This document shows, piece after piece, positions 1 through 10,176 of a stretch of 64,000 nucleotides of DNA. The translations under genes and the position numbers were made by a program. This DNA is from Minisyncoccota bacterium (GTDB lineage: Bacteria; Patescibacteriota; Minisyncoccia; Phycocordibacterales; DATDSR01), in contig DATDVE010000016.1 in assembly GCA_036517655.1 (NCBI GenBank), positions 2,979 to 66,978 of the forward strand, read 5' to 3'. The notes beneath the pieces are model-generated. The model did no database searches. It had not been told where the DNA came from and was given only the letters and a program-made list of their open reading frames with translations. Position 1 is the first letter of the stretch. Every line of letters begins with the position of its first letter.

Positions 1-765
1 TCAACTATGGACGGCGTTAAGGAAGATGTCATAACCATTCTGCTCAACCTTAAGAAAATTCGTTTTCGCATGAATACAGACGAGCCCCAGAAGGCCACGA
101 TCCGCGTGTCAGGAATTAAGGAGATCACGGCTGGAGATATCGAAGTACCAGGCCAGGTGGAAGTAGTGAACAAAAAGCAGCACATAGCCGAGATAACAAG
201 CAAGGGGACCAAGTTCGATGCGGAGATTACAATTGAGAAGGGAATCGGCTACGCACCAAAGGAAGTATTGCATAGGGACAAGGTAGAGATTGGTGCGATT
301 GCCCTGGATGCGACCTTCACCTCGATAAAGCGCGTCAACTACGAGGTTGAGAATATGCGCGTCGGGGACAGAACAGACTTCAACCGCCTGCGAATATTCA
401 TTGAGACAGATGGTGTTAGCTCTCCAAGAGAAGCGCTCGAGAACTCGATCGCAATAATGATTAATCAGTTACGAGCCATCGTTGGCTTCCAGGAGGAAGC
501 CCTCGACCGAGATGAGGCGACGGGTAAGCAGGAGGGCGCTGGTGGGGCGGGTGCAGATGGCAAGGATGCAGGGAAAATGAAAGTTGAGGAGCTGGATCTA
601 TCTGCTCGCACGGCGAATGCTCTCACAAGAGGCGGAATCCGCACAGTGGGTGGCCTCTCACGCAAGAGCGAAGAAGATTTGCTGGCATTTGAAGGTCTGG
701 GAGCAAAAGCTCTTGATGAAATTAGAGATGCATTATCCAAATTTGGTCTCTCTCTCAAAAGCTAA
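1..765 (+). CDS. rpoA: RNA polymerase alpha subunit (5' truncated by window)
   Basis: GVKEDV..ILLNLK, VENMRVGDRTDFNRL and alpha-CTD LDLSARTANAL motifs; followed by rplQ. Confidence 0.97.
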   Translation, partial: STMDGVKEDVITILLNLKKIRFRMNTDEPQKATIRVSGIKEITAGDIEVPGQVEVVNKKQHIAEITSKGTKFDAEITIEKGIGYAPKEVLHRDKVEIGAIALDATFTSIKRVNYEVENMRVGDRTDFNRLRIFIETDGVSSPREALENSIAIMINQLRAIVGFQEEALDRDEATGKQEGAGGAGADGKDAGKMKVEELDLSARTANALTRGGIRTVGGLSRKSEEDLLAFEGLGAKALDEIRDALSKFGLSLKS

Positions 766-780
766 TACCTAGTTCCTAAC
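762..780. repeat. Degenerate heptamer tract (ctaatac ctagttc ctaac) at the rpoA-rplQ junction
   Basis: 7-nt periodicity; same unit type as the tract in ybaK (34812-34839). Confidence 0.4.
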
Positions 781-781
781 C

Positions 782-1051
782 ATGAGGCATCACGACAAAA
801 ACAGAAAATTCGGCAGGGAGAAATCGCAGCGCGAGGCATTAATGAGCTCGCTTGCCAAGTCACTCATGACCCACAAGAAAATTAAAACTACAGAAGCCAA
901 GGCAAAAGAACTTAGGCCGATGGTGGAGAAATTGATGACCCGCGATAAAAAGAATCCCAGAGCCGGTGGTGGCTATACAAGGATAATTAAGCTGCCTAGG
1001 CGCAAGAGTGATGGTAGTAAAATGGCAGTGATAGAAGTGATAGAAAAATAA
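782..1051 (+). CDS. rplQ: 50S ribosomal protein L17, internally shortened (89 aa)
   Basis: MRH..RKFGR, IKTTEAKAKELRP, GGYTRIIKL..RKSDG. Confidence 0.95.
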   Translation: MRHHDKNRKFGREKSQREALMSSLAKSLMTHKKIKTTEAKAKELRPMVEKLMTRDKKNPRAGGGYTRIIKLPRRKSDGSKMAVIEVIEK

Positions 1052-1052
1052 A

Positions 1053-1400
1053 ATGGAGCAAGTAATCATAGATGCAAAGGGCAAGACTTTAGGCAGAGTG
1101 GCTTCGGAGGCGGCCAAGTTACTTGCTGGCAAGAATCTGGTTAGCTTCGCCAGGAACAAAACGCCAGGGACGAAAGTTAAGGTGACGAATGCGAAGTCGC
1201 TGCACATACCTGAGAAGAAGCGTTTACAAAAAAAGTATGTGAGATACACAGGGTATCCAGGTGGTCTGCGAAATGAGAGACTGGAGGAAATGATTGCCAA
1301 GAAAGGTGTTGCGGAACCCCTACGTGAGGCAATATATGGAATGCTACCAAGCAACAAGTTGCGTCCGCGCATTATGAAGAATCTCTCTGTTGAGGAATAA
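1053..1400 (+). CDS. rplM: 50S ribosomal protein L13
   Basis: IDAKGKTLGRVAS, YTGYPGGL, IYGMLP.NKLR. Confidence 0.96.
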   Translation: MEQVIIDAKGKTLGRVASEAAKLLAGKNLVSFARNKTPGTKVKVTNAKSLHIPEKKRLQKKYVRYTGYPGGLRNERLEEMIAKKGVAEPLREAIYGMLPSNKLRPRIMKNLSVEE

Positions 1401-1407
1401 AAAACAC

Positions 1408-1818
1408 ATGCAGACAACAAGCGACACAGTCAGATACAACGAGGGCGTAGGGAAGCGCAAGAGCGCCATAGCTAGAGTTCGCGTTACGAAGGCTATTAAG
1501 CCGAGCTTTGAAGTAAATAATCGTCCGTCAGAGGAATATTTCCCTGGGGAGATATTTGCTGGAATAATTCGTGAGCCACTACGTGCTTCGGGCAGCCCCA
1601 ATAAGTACAAAGTGACTGTTAGGGTTGTGGGCGGAGGAGTTATGGCCCAGGCCGAGGCAACGAGACTCGGGCTTGCTAAAGCCCTTATCGGGGACGATCT
1701 GACCCTGCGCGGGCCAATCAAAAAGGCAAGACTGCTCACCCGCGACTCAAGAATAAAGGAAAGAAGGAAATTTGGCCTCAAAAAGGCAAGAAAAGCTCCT
1801 CAGTGGAGTAAGCGCTAA
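1408..1818 (+). CDS. rpsI: 30S ribosomal protein S9
   Basis: GKRKSAIARV, GGG..AQAEA, ERRKFGLKKARKAPQWSKR; ATG at 1408 preferred. Confidence 0.97.
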   Translation: MQTTSDTVRYNEGVGKRKSAIARVRVTKAIKPSFEVNNRPSEEYFPGEIFAGIIREPLRASGSPNKYKVTVRVVGGGVMAQAEATRLGLAKALIGDDLTLRGPIKKARLLTRDSRIKERRKFGLKKARKAPQWSKR

Positions 1819-1876
1819 TCTCTCGGGCATTGTATGGTACTTGATTTTGCTCTAAAAGAGAGTATAATTGGGCTTC

Positions 1877-2392
1877 ATGAGTGACGAAAATGATATTGAT
1901 ATTGAGGAAAATGGCGATGAAAATGGAGAGAACTCTTGTTTAGAGAAACTCGGTAAAATAAAGGAAAAGTTAAAGGTTTGTGAGGCCGAAAAGGGGGACT
2001 ATCTTGATGGCTGGCAGAGGAGCAAAGCTGATTATGCAAATTTTAAGCGCGTAGTTTTAGAAGGAGAAAAAGATTTGGGGATCAGGGCGACTAGACGGAT
2101 AATTGAGGAACTTTTGCCGGTGCTAGAAAGTTTAGATCAAGCCCGCGCTCATACAAAGGATCTCGAGCCTATCGAGCGGCAGTTTGTTAAAATACTTGAG
2201 GCTAATGGGCTGGAAAGTTATGGTGAGGCGGGGGAGAACTTTGATCCTACTATTCACGAATCGGTTGGCATGAGCGAGGTTGCAGAAGAGGAAAACGATA
2301 ATATAATAGTAGAAATCGTTTCGAGAGGTTATAAGTTGGCAGGCAGGATTCTGAAACCCGCAAAAGTTAAGGTAGGCAAGTATAAAATATAA
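1877..2392 (+). CDS. grpE: Nucleotide exchange factor GrpE
   Basis: [37 protein letters not shown]; TATAAT at 1863-1868 lies 8 nt before the ATG. Confidence 0.95.
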   Translation: MSDENDIDIEENGDENGENSCLEKLGKIKEKLKVCEAEKGDYLDGWQRSKADYANFKRVVLEGEKDLGIRATRRIIEELLPVLESLDQARAHTKDLEPIERQFVKILEANGLESYGEAGENFDPTIHESVGMSEVAEEENDNIIVEIVSRGYKLAGRILKPAKVKVGKYKI

Positions 2393-2397
2393 GGATC

Positions 2398-4260
2398 ATG
2401 AGTAAAATACTTGGCATAGATTTGGGCACAACTAACTCGGCAATGGCCGTGATTGAAGGCGGCGAGCCGAAGATTATTGAGAACTCTGAAGGTAATAGGA
2501 CAACGCCATCTGTTGTGGCTATTTCTAAAACTGGTGAAAGGTTAGTTGGCCTAGTTGCCAAGCGACAGTCTGTCACTAACCCCAGCAATACTATCTACGG
2601 AGTTAAACGCTTGATGGGCCATAAGTTCGAGGATGAGGAAATTGTAGAAGACGTTAAGTCTGTCGCTTTTAAGATCAAAAAAGACCCTTCGACAAGCTCA
2701 GGACAAGATGGAGGCGGTGTGGTTGTCGAGATGGCAAATAAGAATTACAGGCCAGAGGAAATCTCTGCCATGATTCTCTCTAAATTAAAAGCCGACGCTG
2801 AGGCTAAACTAGGCGGCAAGATCACAGAGGCGGTGATCACAGTTCCGGCATACTTTAGTGATGCACAGAGGAATGCAACCAAGGCAGCGGGTACAATTGC
2901 TGGGTTTGATGTAAAAAGGATTATCAATGAGCCAACGGCTGCGGCGCTGGCCTATGGTTTTAACAAACGCAAAGACGAGAAAATCGTTGTCTTTGATTTC
3001 GGCGGTGGCACATTTGATGTGTCAGTGCTCGAAGTGGGTGGCGACGTCATCGAAGTCAAATCAACTGACGGCGACTCGCACATGGGTGGCGAAGATATAG
3101 ATCGCGAAATTGTAGATTGGATTGCAAGTGAATTCAAAAAGGAGTCTGGCATAGACGTGCGCACAGACTCGCTTGCCCTTCAGAGATTGAAAGAAGCGGC
3201 CGAGAAAGCTAAACACGAGCTTTCTACCGCGCTTGAAACAGAAATCAACATACCTTTCATCACATCAGACGCCTCTGGGCCCAAGCATTTATTGCTCAAA
3301 ATGACTCGAGCAAAACTTGAGGGCTTGTGTGAGTCGTATATAAACAAATCAATCGAGATCACCAAGCGCGCGCTTGATGCATCGGGCTTTAAGATAAGTG
3401 ACATTGCAGAGGTTGTGCTTGTGGGCGGTCAGACTAGGATGCCGAAGATCCAGGAAGAGGTAAAAAAACTTTTCGGTGGCAAAGAACCAAATAGATCAAT
3501 TAATCCAGACGAGGTTGTAGCTATCGGCGCTGCGATACAGGCTGGTATTATGCAGGGTGATGTTAAGGACGTGCTCTTGCTTGACGTTACGCCCTTATCG
3601 CTTGGAATTGAAACTCTGGGGGGTGTGGCCACAAGATTAATAGAAAAGAATACAACTATACCCACGGCCCGAACACAAGTCTTCTCTACTGCCGCAGATA
3701 ATCAAACGTCTGTTGAGATACATGTTGTCCAGGGCGAGCGCGAGATGGCGGCAGATAATAAGACACTCGGCAGATTCACTCTAGAGGGCATTCCGCCGGC
3801 TCCGCGAGGCATGCCACAAGTTGAGGTAAGCTTCGACATAGACGCAAATGGCATCCTGCAAGTCAAGGCAAAAGATAAAACCTCTGGCAAAGAGCAATCT
3901 ATTAGGATAGAGGGTTCTACAGGCTTGTCTAAGGAGGAAATAGAGCGCATGAAGCGTGATGCGGAAGTGCATGCCGAAGAAGATAAGAAAAAGAAAGAAC
4001 TAATAGACACGCGCAACATGGCAGACGCGCTAATCGTGACAGCCGAACGCGCAGTTAAGGACGCGGGAGACAAAATTACACCCGAGCTTAAGACAACGAT
4101 AGAGGAGAAAATCAGTAACTTAAAAAAAGTAAAAGATACTGGTTCACAAGAAGATATTAAAAAGGTAAGTGATGAGTTGGGAGTGGAAATTCAGAAAATC
4201 GGACCCGCGATGGGTAATGACCAAACATCTCAAACTGATCAAACTAAACAAACACCTTGA
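2398..4260 (+). CDS. dnaK: Chaperone DnaK (Hsp70)
   Basis: [30 protein letters not shown]. Confidence 0.99.
   Translation: MSKILGIDLGTTNSAMAVIEGGEPKIIENSEGNRTTPSVVAISKTGERLVGLVAKRQSVTNPSNTIYGVKRLMGHKFEDEEIVEDVKSVAFKIKKDPSTSSGQDGGGVVVEMANKNYRPEEISAMILSKLKADAEAKLGGKITEAVITVPAYFSDAQRNATKAAGTIAGFDVKRIINEPTAAALAYGFNKRKDEKIVVFDFGGGTFDVSVLEVGGDVIEVKSTDGDSHMGGEDIDREIVDWIASEFKKESGIDVRTDSLALQRLKEAAEKAKHELSTALETEINIPFITSDASGPKHLLLKMTRAKLEGLCESYINKSIEITKRALDASGFKISDIAEVVLVGGQTRMPKIQEEVKKLFGGKEPNRSINPDEVVAIGAAIQAGIMQGDVKDVLLLDVTPLSLGIETLGGVATRLIEKNTTIPTARTQVFSTAADNQTSVEIHVVQGEREMAADNKTLGRFTLEGIPPAPRGMPQVEVSFDIDANGILQVKAKDKTSGKEQSIRIEGSTGLSKEEIERMKRDAEVHAEEDKKKKELIDTRNMADALIVTAERAVKDAGDKITPELKTTIEEKISNLKKVKDTGSQEDIKKVSDELGVEIQKIGPAMGNDQTSQTDQTKQTP
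2683..2707 (+). repeat. Short palindromic element in frame within dnaK (encodes DPSTSSGQ)
   Basis: gacccttcgacaagctcaggacaag; related to elements at 29491 and 38197. Confidence 0.7.
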
Positions 4261-5357
4261 GCAAAGATTATTACAAAGTTCTGGGAGTTGACAAGAAGGC
4301 TAGTAAGGAAGATGTCAAGAAGGCATTTCGTAAATTAGCTCACGAATATCATCCTGATCGCGGAGGCGACGAGAGCAAGTTCAAGGAAATTAATGAGGCT
4401 TACCAGGTTCTCTCCAATGACCAAAAAAGGGCGGAGTATGATACATACGGACAGACCTTTTCTGGTGGTGGTCCCGGTGCTGGAGGAATGGGTGGCGCTG
4501 GATTCGGTGGGTTTGACATGCGTGGCTTCGGCGGAATGGGACAGGGCGGGACAAATCCTTTTGGCGAGGGTGTTGAGTTTGACATGGGCGAGATTTTTTC
4601 AGATTTCTTCGGGGGACGTCGGAGGGGAGGAACGCGCAGAGGGAAGGACATTTCTATTGACGTCCAGATCCCTTTTGCAGACTCTATTTTCGGCATAGAC
4701 AAAACTGTGATAATCACCAAGCAGTCAAGCTGTACTGATTGCAATGGCAGCGGAGCTCTTAAGGGAACCGATATGGACAAGTGCAGTGCCTGTGATGGCA
4801 GGGGCACACTCAAGGAATCGCGCGGGACATTCTTCGGTAATTTTACCGTTGAGGGTCCATGCAGAGCCTGTGACGGCCTGGGCAAACGGCCCAAGGAAAT
4901 TTGTCCCGCCTGCAGGGGGGAGGGCGTTCTGCGCAGAGGCGAGGAGATAGAAATAAATATACCGGGGGGCATCGAAAATGGAGAGATGATCCGCATGAGC
5001 GGACTGGGCGAGGCAGTAAGAGGCGGTGCCCCGGGTGACCTGTACGTTAAGATTCATGTTGGGACACACCCCGTATTCAGACGAGAGGGGATGGATCTTC
5101 TCATGGACCTGCCGGTTAAGATTACAGATGCTGTTCTCGGCGCGAATTACAATGTGCCCACACTTGAGGGCACAGCCGAGATTCGAGTACCCGCAGGTAC
5201 AAGTGACGGCACAATCCTGCGCATTAAGGATCGCGGAGTGCCGGGGGTACGAGGCAAACGAGGCAGCATTCTGGTGCGGGTTAGCCTTAGGCTGCCGAGT
5301 AAGCTCTCGGATAAAGCCAAGCAACTTCTGGAACAACTAAGACGTGAGGGAATATAA
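4257..5357 (+). CDS. dnaJ: Chaperone DnaJ
   Basis: HPD J-domain, G/F region, four CxxCxGxG repeats; TTG start overlaps the dnaK stop. Confidence 0.98.
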   Translation: MSKDYYKVLGVDKKASKEDVKKAFRKLAHEYHPDRGGDESKFKEINEAYQVLSNDQKRAEYDTYGQTFSGGGPGAGGMGGAGFGGFDMRGFGGMGQGGTNPFGEGVEFDMGEIFSDFFGGRRRGGTRRGKDISIDVQIPFADSIFGIDKTVIITKQSSCTDCNGSGALKGTDMDKCSACDGRGTLKESRGTFFGNFTVEGPCRACDGLGKRPKEICPACRGEGVLRRGEEIEINIPGGIENGEMIRMSGLGEAVRGGAPGDLYVKIHVGTHPVFRREGMDLLMDLPVKITDAVLGANYNVPTLEGTAEIRVPAGTSDGTILRIKDRGVPGVRGKRGSILVRVSLRLPSKLSDKAKQLLEQLRREGI

Positions 5358-6043
5358 TGCTTCCGAATTGGTTCGTCCATTTTACACAGACACTGGTCTC
5401 TATTCCTGCGCGGATAGCTCTGGTTCTGTTCTGCAATCTGAAGGTGGAAGGCCTTGCGAACCTAGAGGGTCTAGGTGCGAGTCGCGGCGTCATTTTAGCC
5501 AGTAATCATTGCAATCAGCTCGACAGTGTTGCATTACCCTGCGCTCTGCCAATTTTATCTTCCCTGGGCCCTGTCTATTTCGTCGCCCTTGAGCACAAGG
5601 ATTACAAGAGGTTCCCTGTTGGTAGATATATTTATGGAACCTGGATCTTCCGAATCCTTGGTGCTTACTCGATCAAGCGCGGTCTTAAGAACTACGCGGC
5701 TAGCCTAGCAACGCATGTCCGACTCCTCTCAAGTGGCAAAACAGTTTCAATTTATCCAGAGGGCAAAATTCACTACGGCGAGGGAATGGGGGAGGCACGT
5801 GGTGGAGTAGCCTACCTGGCCAAAGAGACCGGGGCACCTATTGTGCCAGTTGCGATAACCGGGAGCAAAAACGCCACCCTTCTGGATTTGCTTACTTTTC
5901 GCAGGGAAATAAGAGTCGCATTTGGGCATCCGACCTACTCTAATTACATAGATGAGCCGGACCAACCTGAAGAGACACGGCACCACAAGGCAGCTCAAAA
6001 AGTCATGTATCGAATCGCGGAACTCTCTGTCCCTTTACAGTAG
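5357..6043 (+). CDS. plsC: 1-acyl-sn-glycerol-3-phosphate acyltransferase (PlsC family)
   Basis: NHxxxxD (NHCNQLD), YPEG, PIVPVAITG. Confidence 0.85.
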   Translation: MLPNWFVHFTQTLVSIPARIALVLFCNLKVEGLANLEGLGASRGVILASNHCNQLDSVALPCALPILSSLGPVYFVALEHKDYKRFPVGRYIYGTWIFRILGAYSIKRGLKNYAASLATHVRLLSSGKTVSIYPEGKIHYGEGMGEARGGVAYLAKETGAPIVPVAITGSKNATLLDLLTFRREIRVAFGHPTYSNYIDEPDQPEETRHHKAAQKVMYRIAELSVPLQ

Positions 6044-6098
6044 ATAGTTACTATGATATAATTAGGGCAACATTGAACCCCGAAGGGAGGGATGCGAA

Positions 6099-6434
6099 TT
6101 GACGAGGTTTTCGGTTGTAACAGGTGCGTCGTCCGGACTGGGCCGGGCCGTTGCACTTCGACTTGCGATGGAAGGCGATCACGTCCTCCTGCTTGGTCGC
6201 GACGAAGGTCGGCTGTTAGAGACAGCCGACCTCGTGAGCGAGGCTGGCGGAACACCGCTTTTTGAACCGGTGGACATCCGGGACCGACCGGCACTCCGAC
6301 GGGTTCTCCGGACACTAGTGCCTCCGGCGGGGATCGGCCTAGTTGTTCACTGCGCTGGGATTCTCGTTCCGGGAGAAGTGGACGAGATCGGGTATGATGA
6401 CTTAGGCGCTATGTGTGACACGAACGTCCACTAA
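6099..6434 (+). pseudogene. Truncated short-chain dehydrogenase (Rossmann half only)
   Basis: TGASSGLG and HCAG (NNAG-like) present; stops after DTN, before the YxxxK motif; GC-rich with GGAGG upstream. Confidence 0.7.
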
Positions 6435-6467
6435 GAAAACCCGGAGGGTTACCCTCCGGGTTTTCTT
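6433..6467. terminator. Perfect 16-bp hairpin, bidirectional terminator-like
   Basis: aagaaaacccggaggg-tta-ccctccgggttttctt overlapping the SDR stop; second hairpin at ~6476-6508. Confidence 0.8.
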
Positions 6468-6574
6468 CCCTCCATAACAGCCGTCGGGCCTATCCCGGGG
6501 GCTGTTTGTTTTATTAAAATTGCTTTATAATGGTTTGTCGGTGTTTATATACCATAAGACATTGTCACAATATA

Positions 6575-7222
6575 ATGAACATATATTTTGTTAGACACGG
6601 AATTACAGGAGGGAATGAATCGAATCAATATCAGTTACCGACTATCGAGTTATCTGAACAAGGAATTAATCAAGCTCAATTCGTAGCAAAACGCTTCAAG
6701 ACCATACCCGTCGAGGTAATATTTGCTAGCCCTATGACAAGAGCCTCTCAGACCGCCAGCATTATTGCTGATAGCATTGGCCTGAAGGTCATGGAGAGCT
6801 CTCTTTTTGAGGAAATAAAACGCCCTTCGATAGTATGTGGCAGAAGTAAGAATGAGCCTGATGTGAAGTCAGTCATGAAGATTGTTAAAGAGACATTTGC
6901 AGATCCAGATAAACGGCACTCCGACGAAGAAGACTATTTCCAGTTGAAGGATAGGGCAGAAGAGGTATTGAAATTCCTTTCGGAGAGAAATGAGAATGAA
7001 ATACTTGTCGTAACTCACGGTGAAATACTGCGGATGATACTTTCGCTAGTTATCTTTGGTAAAGAGCTAACTCCAGAAATATTTGACCAAGTAAGACGAA
7101 CTTTTATACCTCACAACACGGGAATTACCGTCATTCAATATGACCTATCGTTCGAATTCCACAAATCAGGGTGGTATGTACTTAGCTGGAATGACTACGC
7201 TCATCTAGGAGATTCTAGATAG
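6575..7222 (+). CDS. Histidine phosphatase (phosphoglycerate mutase-like) family protein
   Basis: YFVRHG, SP..RA.QTA, LVVTHG, NTGIT, WNDYAHL. Confidence 0.9.
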   Translation: MNIYFVRHGITGGNESNQYQLPTIELSEQGINQAQFVAKRFKTIPVEVIFASPMTRASQTASIIADSIGLKVMESSLFEEIKRPSIVCGRSKNEPDVKSVMKIVKETFADPDKRHSDEEDYFQLKDRAEEVLKFLSERNENEILVVTHGEILRMILSLVIFGKELTPEIFDQVRRTFIPHNTGITVIQYDLSFEFHKSGWYVLSWNDYAHLGDSR

Positions 7223-7276
7223 CATTCAAATAAGCAGAGTTCTCAGTAGATAGACTGGCTTAAACTAGCCGAGTAT

Positions 7277-7549
7277 ATGTTGAAGCCGTTGATTCGTCTG
7301 GTAGAAGCTCCAAAAGCGGGCCAAGTAGCTTTTCATCCGGTTCAACATGAGGTCGTGTGTCTCCACTGTCATGCAGCCCTGAAAGGGTCTACTTTGAGTG
7401 TGGCTAAGAGTGACCAACGACCCTTCCGTGATGGGAGTGTGGAAAAAGAGCGAGACAACCCCACATGTCCGTACGACTTCACTAGCGACTTTGCCACAGA
7501 CTTATCGTCTTTTGAGCAGATAATGAGAACCCGTTTTGCCATGACCTAA
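7277..7549 (+). CDS. Hypothetical protein with CxxC
   Basis: 90-aa ATG ORF filling the intergenic gap; no family recognised. Confidence 0.4.
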   Translation: MLKPLIRLVEAPKAGQVAFHPVQHEVVCLHCHAALKGSTLSVAKSDQRPFRDGSVEKERDNPTCPYDFTSDFATDLSSFEQIMRTRFAMT

Positions 7550-7685
7550 CCCTCCTTTGATTTGAACGTGCTTCCAAGCTGGAAACTAACACAAGTAACA
7601 AGGATATGCAAAGAGAAAAAGTGATTTCAATTGATGTGCATTACTTGATACCGCATACCTGTTTGTTTTGTTATGATAAATAAGT

Positions 7686-8558
7686 ATGGCTCACATTGCA
7701 GATAATGACTCAACATTAAAATATGAGGTGAATACTACCCATAAAAAGGTCTTTAATCTTTTTTTTACTTCTATATTAAACAATCTTCCTGCGTCTGTAG
7801 TGCATCTCATCAAGAAATCTAATTACTCTGCTCATCATGTTATTGAGAATAAGACTAGTCACGAAGCGCTTGAAACACTCTATAGTTGCGGACACTCACA
7901 TCCATCGAGTAACCTTCTAAACAAACTCTTTAGATCTATTTGGTTTAATGTAGATAACTCGAAGGCAGTTAGAAACAGATTAAAGCTGGTTAAGAAGGAA
8001 CTTAAAGTCGCTTTTAGCTCAATAATAGATAGGGAAGAAAAAATAGAATTACTTAGCATAGCATCTGGATCGGCTCGGTCAGTAGTTGAGGCAATTAGTG
8101 AGGCAGGACTTACAGCTGAAAAAATAAGAGCATCCTTCTTAGACAAGAACCCCAACGCCCTAGATTACAGCAAAAGATTAGTGAGTAAATGTGGTTTAAA
8201 GAATTTTCACTTTCGCTGGTTCAACGACGTTGCTTCAAATTTCCCGGTATATTTCGCCAATGCTAAGCCCAACCTTGTAGAAATGGTTGGGTTACTGGAC
8301 TACTTCTCTTTTGATAAAACATTATCTTTATTAAAAGTTATTTATAACAACCTACCTAAAGGCGGAATTCTTATAACAGCGAATATCAGTGACAACCGAG
8401 AGCGTAAGTTTGTTACCAATATAGTTGGATGGCATATGATTTATAAAAACGCTGACGAGTTACGGTCGCTGGCAATATCAGCTGGTTTTAATCCAGATAA
8501 AATACGGGTGATTTATGAACCGCTTCGTATACACTGCGTCTTAATAGCTGAAAAATAA
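7686..8558 (+). CDS. Class I SAM-dependent methyltransferase (YnbC C-terminal/Methyltransf_20-like)
   Basis: AVRNR, LLSIASGSAR (motif I variant), LDKN, GLLDYF, LPKGGILIT. Confidence 0.75.
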   Translation: MAHIADNDSTLKYEVNTTHKKVFNLFFTSILNNLPASVVHLIKKSNYSAHHVIENKTSHEALETLYSCGHSHPSSNLLNKLFRSIWFNVDNSKAVRNRLKLVKKELKVAFSSIIDREEKIELLSIASGSARSVVEAISEAGLTAEKIRASFLDKNPNALDYSKRLVSKCGLKNFHFRWFNDVASNFPVYFANAKPNLVEMVGLLDYFSFDKTLSLLKVIYNNLPKGGILITANISDNRERKFVTNIVGWHMIYKNADELRSLAISAGFNPDKIRVIYEPLRIHCVLIAEK

Positions 8559-10169
8559 ATGTCTGACTGGCAAACAACGTCACTTTTCATAGTTTCCGGC
8601 CTTAACGCACTCTTTAGTCTAATTCTGATTAGAGAAGGCAAAAGCCGAGTAAACATAATTTTTTCATTGTTTGTACTAGCCGCTTCTGCCTGGGCGCTTG
8701 GCATTGGCTTGTTTAGAACAATCAATGACATAAATTATTCATTGTACATAGCTAATTTTTACTACGTTGCTGCGGCACTTATCCCATTGCTATTTTTGTA
8801 CTTTTCTCTTGTATTCTTGAATGATAAGAAGCGAATAGGTATTCTCTATTTGTGGCTTGGACTACCCATGATTGCTCTACTAGCGGGACTAGTAATCAAT
8901 CGAAATCTTATTCTTCTTTCTGTGTCCAGCCTTTCTGGCGTTAAAACGGCTACGATAAACCTAATTCCATATTCCATTTATGGCATTTTATTCGTACTTT
9001 ATGTGATTACCTCATTTTTTGTTTTGTTCAGATCGCTATCTCACGCACAGGAACGTGAACAAAAAATCCAGATAAGATTTGTTATCTATGGAACGATTAT
9101 CCCTTATATTTTGGGGATGGTGTTTAATCTGATTCTACCGTGGATAGGGAACTATCAACATATTTGGCTTGGACCTATTTTTTCAATAATGATGGTTGCA
9201 GCGGTTGGCTATGCAGTCGCAAACCACCATCTTTTCAATCTCAAAATTATCGCAACAGAGGTTACTGTTGTTGTCTTGTGGATATTCCTGTTGGTCCGGA
9301 CTCTTGTATCAAGCGGCGTGACTGACCAGATAATAAATGGGTCCACCTTCATTGCTTTAGTGATACTCGGGGTCCTTTTGATTCGGTCTGTCATTAAAGA
9401 AGTCAAAACGCGCGAAAGAATGGAGGCGCTTGCCAAGGAACTTGCTTCGGCCAACGAGCGGCTGACTGTCCTTGATCGTCAGAAATCTGAATTCTTGTCT
9501 ATTGCCTCGCACCAATTGCGTAGCCCGCTTACTGCCATTAAGGGCTATTCATCCATGATTCTTGAGGGCTCTTTTGGGGTGCCTGAGGCTAAGATGAAAG
9601 AGGCCATCGAGCGCATTTATTTATCAAGTGAGCGACTGGTTATTATCATCGAGGACTTCCTGAATGTGTCGCGTATCGAGCAAGGCCGGATGCAGTATGA
9701 TTTCGCAACAGTTAATCTAGAAGAACTTGTGACGGGAGTGACCCAGGAACTAGAACCAAATATCAAGCGGGCCAGATTAGATATCTCTTTTAGCAAAAAG
9801 ACCGCCGGTCCATTCTATATTAATGCTGATTTCGGCAAGATTCGCCAGGTTATAACTAACATCATAGATAACGCTGTCAAATACACACCCGAAGGTGGAA
9901 TTACAGTGAGCCTATCGAAGGATGAAGAGACACGCAAGATCCTGCTTGCCATATCTGACACAGGCATCGGCATCGCCCGTGAGGTGCTGCCCATGCTCTT
10001 CCAGAAATTTACGAGAGCGAAGGGCGCAAGCGAGGTCAACACCCAAGGCACTGGTCTGGGCCTCTATGTAGTCAAAGAACTTATGAAGGCCCACAAAGGC
10101 AGCGTCTGGGTGGATAGCCCAGGCGAAGGCAAAGGCTCTACCTTTTACCTCGAGTTTATGGCAGAATAG
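8559..10169 (+). CDS. Membrane sensor histidine kinase with N-terminal multi-TM (HisKA_7TM-like) domain
   Basis: About 8-9 hydrophobic helices, H-box IASHQLRSPL, NAVKYT, DTGIGI, GTGLGL, GKGSTF. Confidence 0.93.
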   Translation: MSDWQTTSLFIVSGLNALFSLILIREGKSRVNIIFSLFVLAASAWALGIGLFRTINDINYSLYIANFYYVAAALIPLLFLYFSLVFLNDKKRIGILYLWLGLPMIALLAGLVINRNLILLSVSSLSGVKTATINLIPYSIYGILFVLYVITSFFVLFRSLSHAQEREQKIQIRFVIYGTIIPYILGMVFNLILPWIGNYQHIWLGPIFSIMMVAAVGYAVANHHLFNLKIIATEVTVVVLWIFLLVRTLVSSGVTDQIINGSTFIALVILGVLLIRSVIKEVKTRERMEALAKELASANERLTVLDRQKSEFLSIASHQLRSPLTAIKGYSSMILEGSFGVPEAKMKEAIERIYLSSERLVIIIEDFLNVSRIEQGRMQYDFATVNLEELVTGVTQELEPNIKRARLDISFSKKTAGPFYINADFGKIRQVITNIIDNAVKYTPEGGITVSLSKDEETRKILLAISDTGIGIAREVLPMLFQKFTRAKGASEVNTQGTGLGLYVVKELMKAHKGSVWVDSPGEGKGSTFYLEFMAE

Positions 10170-10176
10170 TTGCAAT

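Noticed and set aside
1820-1876. CIRCE element before grpE-dnaK-dnaJ
   Set aside because: No TTAGCACTC-N9-GAGTGCTAA match, and no hrcA in the window
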